Under the pieces are notes generated by a model. That model was given only the letters and a program-made list of their open reading frames with translations, had not been told where the DNA came from and did no database searches. From Candidatus Nomurabacteria bacterium RIFCSPLOWO2_01_FULL_33_17 (GTDB taxonomy: Bacteria; Patescibacteriota; Minisyncoccia; Phycocordibacterales; UBA9973), in NCBI GenBank assembly GCA_001786995.1, contig MFUO01000006.1:1-34396 (forward strand): a stretch of 34,396 nucleotides of DNA. Reading direction: 5' to 3'. Shown piece by piece: positions 5,979 to 13,914 of the stretch. The translations under genes and the position numbers were made by a program. Numbering within the stretch: position 1 is the stretch's first letter; each line of letters starts with the position of its first letter.

Positions 5979-6965
5979 ATGCATGAATATTCTATAATTC
6001 TTCCCACAAAGCCACGCGCAGTTAAAGATGAACCAACAAAAGGTGTCTTTGAAATAGACAATCTATACCCAGGGTATGGACACACATTGGGTAACTCGCT
6101 TCGTCGCATTATTTTGTCCTCTATTCCAGGAGCGGCAATTACTTCTATTAAAATAGATGGAACTCAACATGAATTCTCTGTTATTGATGGAGTTCGTGAA
6201 GATGTTATTACAATTATTCTTCACTTAAAACAACTTCGTTTGCGTTTACATTCTGATGAACCACAAGAAATTACTCTTGAAATCAAAGGTGCAAAAATTG
6301 TAACTGCTGCCGATATTAAATCCAGTAGTCAAGTTGAAGTTTTGAATAAAGATTTATATATTGCAGAATTAACAGACAAAGCTGGCTCACTTTTTGTAAC
6401 TATGCGTGTAGAGCGCGGTCTTGGTTTTGTAACAAAAGAAGAACATCAAAGATCTAAAGTTGAAATAGGAACAATTGCTGTTGATGCTATATTTACACCT
6501 ATTCGTCGCGTTTCTTATGAAGTTGAAAATATGCGTGTTGGAGACAATACTAATCACAATCGTCTTCGTATTAATATTGAAACTGATGGTTCCATCACAC
6601 CAAGAGAAGCTTTGAATCGTTCTATTCGTATTATGATAGAACAATTAGATGCAATGTTGGAACATGAAGTTCGCAATATCTCAAACGATAGTGATGAAGA
6701 CGAAGTTTCTACTAAACACGAAGAATCAAGTAAAAAAACTTCAGCTGTCGATGGTGAATTTACAGATATTTTGAAAACTCGTATTGATACACTGGGTCTG
6801 TCATCTCGTATATTAACCGCTTTACAAAATGCAAATATTCGAACAGTTGGAGGCGTTGCTCGTAAAAGAAAAGATGATTTATTAGATATTGATGGTATTG
6901 GGGAAAAAGGCATTAAAGAAATTAAAGACATACTTGGTAATTTTGGAATAACCTTGAAAGAATAA
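5979..6965 (+). CDS. rpoA: DNA-directed RNA polymerase alpha subunit
   Basis: GYGHTLGNSLRRILLSS-type N-terminal domain, C-terminal helix-hairpin-helix domain, plus synteny. Confidence 0.95.
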   Translation: MHEYSIILPTKPRAVKDEPTKGVFEIDNLYPGYGHTLGNSLRRIILSSIPGAAITSIKIDGTQHEFSVIDGVREDVITIILHLKQLRLRLHSDEPQEITLEIKGAKIVTAADIKSSSQVEVLNKDLYIAELTDKAGSLFVTMRVERGLGFVTKEEHQRSKVEIGTIAVDAIFTPIRRVSYEVENMRVGDNTNHNRLRINIETDGSITPREALNRSIRIMIEQLDAMLEHEVRNISNDSDEDEVSTKHEESSKKTSAVDGEFTDILKTRIDTLGLSSRILTALQNANIRTVGGVARKRKDDLLDIDGIGEKGIKEIKDILGNFGITLKE

Positions 6966-6966
6966 T

Positions 6967-7320
6967 ATGAGACATCACAATTCTAATCGTAAATTTGGTA
7001 GACCAGCATCACAACGCCGAGCACTTTTAAAAAGTTTGGTTGTGGCTTTTGTAACACATGACGCTATAACTACAACTGATGCCAAAGCTCGTGAGCTTCG
7101 TCCATTTATGGAAAAATTAATTACAACTGGCAAGAAAAAGACATTGTCATCTCGTCGTGATTTACTTTCAAGACTTGATAATAATGAAGCCGTTGTTAGT
7201 AAAATTATTGATACTTTAGCAACTAAATATGAGAATCGACCAGGTGGGTATGTTCGTATTTATAAACTTCCTCGTCGACTGGGAGATGCCGCATTGATGG
7301 CTCGTATCGAATTTGTATAA
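6967..7320 (+). CDS. rplQ: 50S ribosomal protein L17
   Basis: MRHHNSNRKFGRPASQRRALLKSL signature. Confidence 0.95.
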   Translation: MRHHNSNRKFGRPASQRRALLKSLVVAFVTHDAITTTDAKARELRPFMEKLITTGKKKTLSSRRDLLSRLDNNEAVVSKIIDTLATKYENRPGGYVRIYKLPRRLGDAALMARIEFV

Positions 7321-7328
7321 TAAAAATT

Positions 7329-7694
7329 ATGGAAAAGAAACAAAAACCACAAATATATACTGTTGATGCAACTGGACAAGTATTGGGCCGTATGTGTTCG
7401 TCTATTGCAAAAATTTTGATGGGTAAAACAACTGTGGGGTACGAAAGACATATTTTATCAGGAGCAAGTGTAAATGTTATAAATGCGAGTAAATTATTCA
7501 TGACTGAAAAAAGAAAGCTTGAAACAATGCATGAAAAATATTCCGGATATCCAGGAGGTCTGAAATATAAAAGCAATGCTGAAATAATTTCTAAAAAAGG
7601 TTATGCGGAATTAATTCGTCTTGCTGTATATAATATGTTGCCACCAAATAGACTTCGTCAGCCTATGATGAATAAATTAAAGATTACAGAATAA
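7329..7694 (+). CDS. rplM: 50S ribosomal protein L13
   Basis: VDATGQVLGRMCSSIAKILMGK signature. Confidence 0.92.
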   Translation: MEKKQKPQIYTVDATGQVLGRMCSSIAKILMGKTTVGYERHILSGASVNVINASKLFMTEKRKLETMHEKYSGYPGGLKYKSNAEIISKKGYAELIRLAVYNMLPPNRLRQPMMNKLKITE

Positions 7695-7698
7695 TAAT

Positions 7699-8154
7699 AT
7701 GGAAACAAAAATAAAAACAAAATCCACAGCTGCCCATGGAGACCTGCCTACCGGACAGGCAGGTAAAAAATACATTCGTGCTATTGGTCGCCGTAAAACA
7801 GCAACAGCTGTAGTTAAAATTTATCAAGACGGAACAAATACTTTTACAATAAATGGTAAAAAAAGTAGTGAATATTTTCCAACAGCTGAATTACAAAAAG
7901 TTATTCATGACCCTGTAACAAAGACAAAAAATACAGAGAAATATGATATTGTTGTAACTACCAAAGGTGGTGGTATCCATGGTCAAGCCGAAGCAGTTCG
8001 TCATGGTATTGCTCGTATTCTTGCAAGTTTTGATGAAGAAACAAAGGGTAAAGTTAAAAAACTTGGATTCCTAAAACGCGATCCTCGTGCTAAAGAACGC
8101 CGTAAATTCGGTCTCAAAAAAGCCCGTAAGAGTCCACAATGGAGTAAGAGATAA
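7699..8154 (+). CDS. rpsI: 30S ribosomal protein S9, with an N-terminal extension of about 20 aa
   Basis: GRRKTATAVVKI...GGGIHGQAEAVRHGIARIL...KKARKSPQWSKR. Confidence 0.93.
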   Translation: METKIKTKSTAAHGDLPTGQAGKKYIRAIGRRKTATAVVKIYQDGTNTFTINGKKSSEYFPTAELQKVIHDPVTKTKNTEKYDIVVTTKGGGIHGQAEAVRHGIARILASFDEETKGKVKKLGFLKRDPRAKERRKFGLKKARKSPQWSKR

Positions 8155-8158
8155 AAGT

Positions 8159-8180
8159 AAAATCCCGAAAGGGATTTTTT
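8159..8180 (+). terminator. intrinsic terminator ending the ribosomal protein operon
   Basis: ATCCC-GAAA-GGGAT stem-loop followed by T6. Confidence 0.8.
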
Positions 8181-8228
8181 GCTTGACATAATCATTAAAT
8201 ATATATAATTTAAATAAAACTATAATTT

Positions 8229-8618
8229 ATGGAAGCTATAAAATTAAATATATTACTATCTGAAAAGAAAGAATTAATAAAAATAGGAACAAGCCTAGTC
8301 AAACAAAAATATGGAAATATTTATGATTGTTCAAGTTTTGTTAGAGGAATTTATCAACAAGTTGGTCTAAATTCTGATTTTAATAATCAGCCAATATTAT
8401 CTCTTGAAGATATTTTTAAAGAGGAAAATATAGGGTATCTTTGTTTTTTAAAAAATAAAAAATATATACAAAATCTTTATCGTTTTAGTCACATAGGAAT
8501 CATATTTCCAGAACAAAATTTACTTCATTATACTAGATATTTTGGAGAACCTAATGTGCGAGAGGTTCATTTAACACCTATTTTAAAAATATTGGAAGTC
8601 TATAATTTTGTAACCTAA
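8229..8618 (+). CDS. NlpC/P60 (C40)-like cysteine peptidase domain protein without a signal peptide
   Basis: YDCSSFVRGIY (catalytic Cys context) and FSHIGIIF (His context). No N-terminal hydrophobic segment. Confidence 0.5.
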   Translation: MEAIKLNILLSEKKELIKIGTSLVKQKYGNIYDCSSFVRGIYQQVGLNSDFNNQPILSLEDIFKEENIGYLCFLKNKKYIQNLYRFSHIGIIFPEQNLLHYTRYFGEPNVREVHLTPILKILEVYNFVT

Positions 8619-8620
8619 AT

Positions 8621-8650
8621 GCCCTAAATCTTAATATTATGGGGCTTTTT
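8621..8650 (+). terminator. probable intrinsic terminator
   Basis: GCCC...GGGC imperfect stem followed by T5. Confidence 0.45.
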
Positions 8651-8679
8651 ATTTTTCAAAAAATAAGTATAATAAAGAC

Positions 8680-9255
8680 ATGAAAGATGGTGAACAAACT
8701 AAAATAGTGTATATCTTTATAGATGCATCAAATCTTTGGCAAGCACAAAAGGCTAAAGGAAAAATGTTTGATTATCAAAAATTAAAAGCTTTTTTAAAGA
8801 GTAAATTTTGTGCTTCTGAAATTCAGATTTTTTATTATACAGCTTATCCAAAAGAAGGAACTCGTGATCAAAGTCAAGATGGAAAACATAAATTTTTTAC
8901 TTATCTTAAAAAAGGATTGGGTTTTACTGTACGGAAAAAAGAACTTAAAAGGATAATCCAACATAGTGATATTGGAGACTCGATACAAGAAAAAGGAAAT
9001 ATGGATGTTGAAATGACGATAGATGCAATTCATTTTTGTAAAAAATATGATACCTCTGTATTGTTTACAGGAGATTCTGATTTTCTTGCTTTGGTTAATT
9101 ATTTGCGAAATGGTGGGAAAAAGGTTTTTATTTTTTCATCTAAAAACAATATCTCTCAAGAACTTCGAACAGGGGGTGATGGATATTTTGATGTATTAAA
9201 TATAGAAGAAGATATATGGGGAAGAGACCTTAAATATAAAGAAGAAAAAATTTAA
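8680..9255 (+). CDS. NYN/LabA-like (PIN-fold) domain protein
   Basis: IFIDASNLW, DVEMTIDA and TGDSDFLALV motifs typical of NYN domains. TATAAT lies 6 nt before the ATG. Confidence 0.75.
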   Translation: MKDGEQTKIVYIFIDASNLWQAQKAKGKMFDYQKLKAFLKSKFCASEIQIFYYTAYPKEGTRDQSQDGKHKFFTYLKKGLGFTVRKKELKRIIQHSDIGDSIQEKGNMDVEMTIDAIHFCKKYDTSVLFTGDSDFLALVNYLRNGGKKVFIFSSKNNISQELRTGGDGYFDVLNIEEDIWGRDLKYKEEKI

Positions 9256-9261
9256 TAAAAA

Positions 9262-9285
9262 GTAGCCCTCCTTGCGGAGGGCTAC
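9262..9285 (+). terminator. GC-rich hairpin after the NYN gene
   Basis: GTAGCCCTCC-TTGC-GGAGGGCTAC, a perfect 10-bp stem. No clear T-run follows. Confidence 0.5.
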
Positions 9286-9457
9286 CCTTGGATGTAAAAC
9301 CCTTAAAGTTTTTATGACAAAACCCTAAGACAATACTAGTATACACTTTTTAACCAAAAAGTCAAAATTAGGTTAAGTTATACACATATAAGATTTATAT
9401 AATTACAACGTCTTGTTATCTTTTAAAAAAGCCATTTTTTTGCTATACTGCTGGTAT

Positions 9458-10069
9458 ATGAATGATAATGAAGAAATTGCTAAACAAGATGAAATCTTTT
9501 CGCACGACGATTCTAATGAATCGTTTAGTGACGATGTAGAATTTGTAGCTGATGAAGAGAATTCAGGGGGTAGTGCTTTATCCGGAGAGTCTAAGCTTCA
9601 AAAATCTAAAGAAAAGATAGAGAAATTAACATCTGAAAAAGATGAATATCTTTTGAATTGGCAAAAAGAAAGAGCAGATTTTGTGAATTATAAAAGGGAA
9701 GAAGATGTTCGTTTAAATCGTGCTAGAGCCATAGGATTTGAAAGGGGATTAGAGGGCGTTATAAAAATGCTCGACACTTTTGATATGGCAATGGTCAACA
9801 AAGATTCATGGAGTAGTGTTGATGCGAATTGGCGTATGGGTGTGGAATATATTTATAATGAAGGCTTGAAATTCTTACAAGATTCTGGTATTGAAATAAT
9901 CGAACCAACTTTAACTTCTGCTGTTGACCCAAATATTCATGAATCAGTAGAAACAATAGACACCAATGATGAAAAACTAGATCACACTGTTGCAAGTGTT
10001 ATTCAAAAAGGATACCGAACATCCGAATATGTAATCCGCCCCGCAAAAGTTGCGGTGTATACTTTATAA
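9458..10069 (+). CDS. grpE: nucleotide exchange factor GrpE
   Basis: LLNWQKERADFVNYKRE signature. ATG 9458 is preferred over TTG 9413 because TGCTATACT (9441-9449) lies 8 nt upstream. Confidence 0.88.
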   Translation: MNDNEEIAKQDEIFSHDDSNESFSDDVEFVADEENSGGSALSGESKLQKSKEKIEKLTSEKDEYLLNWQKERADFVNYKREEDVRLNRARAIGFERGLEGVIKMLDTFDMAMVNKDSWSSVDANWRMGVEYIYNEGLKFLQDSGIEIIEPTLTSAVDPNIHESVETIDTNDEKLDHTVASVIQKGYRTSEYVIRPAKVAVYTL

Positions 10070-10076
10070 TATAATT

Positions 10077-10331
10077 ATGAAAACTAAAGCTAAAAAATGG
10101 CTCAAAATTGCACTCTTTGCACTATTAATACCATTAATTGCTATGCAGTTTATTAGTGGTTGGAATTGGAAGCTACACGATTTTGTTTTTATGTTTTCTT
10201 TTATTTTCTGTATTGGTATGGCTTATGAATTTGTAGTTAGTGGTGTAAACAATAAAAAATATAGATTTTTACTTGGTGTTTTATTTTTACTTGGTGCTTT
10301 TACAATTTGGGGAATACTAGCTACTGGTTAA
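10077..10331 (+). CDS. small integral membrane protein (3 predicted helices)
   Basis: Hydrophobic ORF. ATG 10077 is preferred because TATAAT (10065-10070) lies 6 nt upstream. Confidence 0.55.
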   Translation: MKTKAKKWLKIALFALLIPLIAMQFISGWNWKLHDFVFMFSFIFCIGMAYEFVVSGVNNKKYRFLLGVLFLLGAFTIWGILATG

Positions 10332-10335
10332 TTTA

Positions 10336-10376
10336 GCAATATAAAAGTCCAGGCAAGGCCTGGACTTTTATATTGC
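10336..10376. terminator. bidirectional terminator: 19-bp perfect inverted repeat between convergent genes
   Basis: GCAATATAAAAGTCCAGGC-AAG-GCCTGGACTTTTATATTGC. It overlaps the last 3 codons of recR. Confidence 0.75.
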
Positions 10377-11000
10377 TCTTTTGCGGTTGTCTATCGCATA
10401 GCGAATAGTTTGATCATCAGATTCGGAAAGGCGAGAGCCTAAAGACATACCACGGCCAAGGCTGGTGATGGTTATTTTGTTTTTATTTAATTTATCGTGA
10501 ATAGTTTCTAAATAATCAAGCGTTATAGATTCCATAATTTCACCTTCTGGCGAAATTGGAAAAGCTAAAATAATTTCTTCCAATCCTTTTTCAATCCAAT
10601 ATTCTATTGTTTTTGGAATGTAACTTTTTTCTATAATATGTACATCTTCTGCCATTTCAATTTTATTTGGAAATGGAACTATCGCTAAAATTCCTCGATA
10701 TGATTCTATAATATAAAGTGAATCATAATCTTCTTGATTTGCAAGTAGTGTTAGGATTTTTGGATTTCGATTTTCATTTATACAAACATTACAAATAGGG
10801 CCGTCACCAAGACTTGTTGCACCGCATAAATTACAACTAAAAACATGCCCCTTTAAATTATTTAAAATATTTACTAATTCATTTGATAAAACACCATGAT
10901 TGCGAGTCAAAGCATATGCAAAACGGCGGGCTTGCCGTGGTCCTATACCAGGTAATTTGCCAAGAACTTTTACTAAATTTTCTAAATTAGATGTATGCAT
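10368..11000 (-). CDS. recR: recombination protein RecR
   Basis: LPGIGPRQARRFAY helix-hairpin-helix, C4 zinc finger (CNLCG...CNVC) and a Toprim region. Confidence 0.9.
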   Translation of the reverse strand: MHTSNLENLVKVLGKLPGIGPRQARRFAYALTRNHGVLSNELVNILNNLKGHVFSCNLCGATSLGDGPICNVCINENRNPKILTLLANQEDYDSLYIIESYRGILAIVPFPNKIEMAEDVHIIEKSYIPKTIEYWIEKGLEEIILAFPISPEGEIMESITLDYLETIHDKLNKNKITITSLGRGMSLGSRLSESDDQTIRYAIDNRKRAI

Positions 11001-11003
11001 ATT

Positions 11004-12437
11004 TTAGAATCCTTCTAATCCTGTTTCTTGAGGTTTGACAGACCCATATTGTTCACCGGTTTTATCAATTGGTAAAAATGACGTGGTCTTATCATCAAAG
11101 TATAATTCAATTCTACCTGTTGGTCCATTACGATGTTTCTCTATTAAAATTTCGGCAATATTTGTGCGTTCACTTTCGTCGCGACCCTTATCCTCACGAT
11201 GAATAAACATAACAACATCGGCATCTTGCTCGATAGATCCCGAATCACGCAAATCAGATAATCTTGGTTTACCTCCGCGTTGCTCTACAGCACGAGACAA
11301 TTGAGATAAAGCTAGTACTGGGACATCTAATTCTTTTGCAAGTTGTTTTAAAGATCGTGAAATTTCAGTAACTTGATTTACCATATTATCATATTTTTGA
11401 GCTGTAATGACTAATTGTAAATAGTCTACAACAATTAAACCCAATCCATGTTCGGATTTTAATTTACGAGCAATTGACCGCATTCGAGCAATTGTATTAC
11501 CAGCAAAGTCATCTATAAATAGGGGAGCTTTAGACATGCGAGACAATGCTTCTTGTAGAATTGTGTAATCATTTTCTTGAGTCAGTCTTCCTGTACGCAA
11601 ATGCCAAGATGAAACTCGAGCTTCGGCAGCTAGCATTCTGTCTACTAATTGTTGCGAACTCATTTCCAAAGAAAATATTCCAACGGGTATATTATTGCGA
11701 ACTGCAACATGCCGAGCAATATCCATAGCCAGTGTTGTTTTACCAACAGATGGACGAGCAGCCAGAATTATAAGATCTGATTTTTGAAGACCGGCCAATA
11801 AATTATCTAAATCTTTGTATCCTGTTGGTATACCACGCAAAGAACTATCAGAATCGGAAAGTTTATCAAATCTTTGCCAAGCTTCATCTATCATTGCGCT
11901 CATTGGAATAAATTTTTGTGAACCTGGACGAGAAGTAACTTCATGAACTCTTTTTTCAGCACCATCTAATGCATCGGTTATATTTTCCGGTTCACTATAT
12001 CCCATTTCACCAATATCACTACCGGCTTCAATAAGAGCTCGAAGCATAGCTTTTTTATATACAGTTTCCGCATAATGGTTTGCATGAGTTGCGCTGGGAA
12101 CACCTTCGGTAAGACTTGCAACATATAAAGATCCACCAATAGTATCTAATTGGCCCAGGTCTTTTAATTTTTCTGTTACGGTTAGAATATCTATGGGTTC
12201 ACCATTTTTGGATAAATTAAGCATTGCATCATAAACAATGCTGTGTTTATGAGCATAAAAATGGTCAGGTACAAGAATGTCTGATACTTCATGTAAAGCT
12301 TCCACCCGAAGCATTATAGAGCCCAATACAGCACGCTCTGCATCCAGTGATTGTGGGGGAATACGAGACCCAGTATCGATTGGTTTTTTCTCTTTGTATT
12401 GGTTTTTTCTGTAATTTTTCTGGTCTCTGTCTGACAT
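11004..12437 (-). CDS. dnaB: replicative DNA helicase DnaB
   Basis: PPQSLDAERAVLGSIM N-terminus, Walker A ARPSVGKT, and the DnaB C-terminal motifs. Confidence 0.95.
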   Translation of the reverse strand: MSDRDQKNYRKNQYKEKKPIDTGSRIPPQSLDAERAVLGSIMLRVEALHEVSDILVPDHFYAHKHSIVYDAMLNLSKNGEPIDILTVTEKLKDLGQLDTIGGSLYVASLTEGVPSATHANHYAETVYKKAMLRALIEAGSDIGEMGYSEPENITDALDGAEKRVHEVTSRPGSQKFIPMSAMIDEAWQRFDKLSDSDSSLRGIPTGYKDLDNLLAGLQKSDLIILAARPSVGKTTLAMDIARHVAVRNNIPVGIFSLEMSSQQLVDRMLAAEARVSSWHLRTGRLTQENDYTILQEALSRMSKAPLFIDDFAGNTIARMRSIARKLKSEHGLGLIVVDYLQLVITAQKYDNMVNQVTEISRSLKQLAKELDVPVLALSQLSRAVEQRGGKPRLSDLRDSGSIEQDADVVMFIHREDKGRDESERTNIAEILIEKHRNGPTGRIELYFDDKTTSFLPIDKTGEQYGSVKPQETGLEGF

Positions 12438-12542
12438 ACGATTTAATATAGCACATAGAAATCAAGGTGTCTTTCAGACCTGTTTATAGTATGGGGAATA
12501 TCTGGGAAAACTAGTTATATCATTTACACACCTCACCCCTGG

Positions 12543-12564
12543 CCCCTCTCCTGGCTGAGAGGGG
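12543..12564. other. isolated GC-rich hairpin in the dnaB/trpS divergent intergenic region
   Basis: CCCCTCTC-CTGGCT-GAGAGGGG in an otherwise AT-rich spacer. Confidence 0.6.
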
Positions 12565-12624
12565 AATAAATAGTAAGGTATATAAAATGTTGCTAGAATT
12601 GTTTTTTTAGTGTACTATTGAACT

Positions 12625-13596
12625 ATGACAAAAAAGATTTTACTTTCAGGGATCCAGTCCACAGGAACTCTCCATATAGGTAACTATTTTGGAGCTATAA
12701 AGCAATTTGTGGAATTACAAGATAATTATGATACTCGTATATTTGTAGCCAATTTTCATTCTGTTACAACTATTCAAGATAAAGAAAAATTAGAAAAATT
12801 AACTCGCGAAATAGTCATTGATTATTTAGCTTGTGGTCTTGATCCAGAAAAAGTTACTTTATTTTTACAATCATCAATTCCAGAAGTTACAGAACTTGCT
12901 TGGTATTTTAATTGTTTAATAACCGTACCTTATTTAATGCGAGCTCATTCATATAAAGATAAAGTTGCTAATGGTAAAGAACCATCAGCAGGACTTTTTA
13001 CTTATCCAATGCTTATGGCTGCTGATATTTTAATTCAAGATTCTGAGATTGTTCCTGTTGGACAAGACCAAAAGCAACATATTGAATTTACTCGTGATGT
13101 TGCAACTAAATTTAACCATACTTATGGTGAAACTTTTAAATTACCAGAAGCTTATATTTTGGATGATGTTTCAATAGTTCCTGGGTTAGATGGGCAAAAA
13201 ATGAGTAAAAGTTATGGTAATACGATTCCACTTTTTGCCGAAGATAAAGATATAGAAAAACTTTGTATGCAAGTAGTTACAGATTCCTTAAGTCCAGCAG
13301 ATCCTAAAGATCCAGAAACTTCAAATATTTTTCAAATTCATAAGTTGTTTTTAAATAATGTTGAAAAAGAAGAATTGGCAGAAAAATATCGTGCAGGTGG
13401 ATTGGGGTATAAAGAAGCTAAAGAAATGTTAGCTGAAAGTGTTAAAAAATTTATCGGACCAATTCGCGAAAAAAGAAAAGAGATAGAAAATAATCCTGAT
13501 TTTGTAGACCAAGTTTTAAAACAAGGAGGGCAAAAAGCTCAAGCTATTGCATCTAAAAAATTATTAGAAATTCGCAGTAAAGTAGGAATTTTATAA
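12625..13596 (+). CDS. trpS: tryptophan--tRNA ligase
   Basis: Class I motifs (GTLHIGNYFG as HIGH-like, KMSKS) and length 323 aa. Confidence 0.93.
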   Translation: MTKKILLSGIQSTGTLHIGNYFGAIKQFVELQDNYDTRIFVANFHSVTTIQDKEKLEKLTREIVIDYLACGLDPEKVTLFLQSSIPEVTELAWYFNCLITVPYLMRAHSYKDKVANGKEPSAGLFTYPMLMAADILIQDSEIVPVGQDQKQHIEFTRDVATKFNHTYGETFKLPEAYILDDVSIVPGLDGQKMSKSYGNTIPLFAEDKDIEKLCMQVVTDSLSPADPKDPETSNIFQIHKLFLNNVEKEELAEKYRAGGLGYKEAKEMLAESVKKFIGPIREKRKEIENNPDFVDQVLKQGGQKAQAIASKKLLEIRSKVGIL

Positions 13597-13600
13597 TTTT

Positions 13601-13876
13601 ATGGACGAATACAAAAAAGAAGTAAATACAATAATTCGTAAATGCGCCGGAGCAGGGGCATTGTTAAATGATTTTTTGGAAGATATTTTAACCACTGGTG
13701 AATACGAAGAAATAGCTCGTCGTTGGCAAATAGTCAAAATGCTCGATACCGGAACTCCACAGCGCGAAATAACTGAAACACTTGGTGTAGGGGTCGCAAC
13801 CGTTACCCGTGGTGCAAAAGAATTAGCAGACAAAAAAGGCGGCTTCCGCAAAGCCCTAGCCAAATTCGGGAAATAA
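13601..13876 (+). CDS. TrpR-related YerC/YecD-family DNA-binding protein
   Basis: EYEEIARRWQIVKML..G.PQREI...LGVGVATVTRG pattern typical of YerC/YecD. Confidence 0.75.
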   Translation: MDEYKKEVNTIIRKCAGAGALLNDFLEDILTTGEYEEIARRWQIVKMLDTGTPQREITETLGVGVATVTRGAKELADKKGGFRKALAKFGK

Positions 13877-13900
13877 CCTACAAGGTCTTGCCTTGTAGGT
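13876..13900 (+). terminator. hairpin after the yerC-like gene
   Basis: ACCTACAAGG-TCTTG-CCTTGTAGGT. The T-run is weak. Confidence 0.45.
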
Positions 13901-13914
13901 CCAAATATTTAATT

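Noticed and set aside
9413-9457. Upstream in-frame extensions (mostly TTG or GTG starts) of grpE (9413), membrane protein (10050), ABC exporter (13888), MBL hydrolase (16576), scpA (19034), ftsW (21364), LTD protein (22520), msrB (33074), membrane protein (33534) and DUF1905 (33851).
   Set aside because: The extensions run through terminator hairpins, palindromic repeats or the preceding gene, and add non-homologous residues. In several cases the downstream ATG has a -10 box 6-8 nt upstream.
9256-9457. A possible CIRCE (HrcA) or HAIR (HspR) operator upstream of grpE.
   Set aside because: No TTAGCACTC-N9-GAGTGCTAA or CTTGAGT-N7-ACTCAAG match is present. There are only two loose AAAACCCT direct repeats of unclear meaning.
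12438-12624. A possible T-box riboswitch upstream of trpS.
   Set aside because: The spacer is only 187 nt and shared with the divergent dnaB promoter. I could not find the conserved T-box sequence or a specifier-loop/antiterminator architecture. A -10-like box 6 nt from the ATG suggests a leaderless transcript instead.
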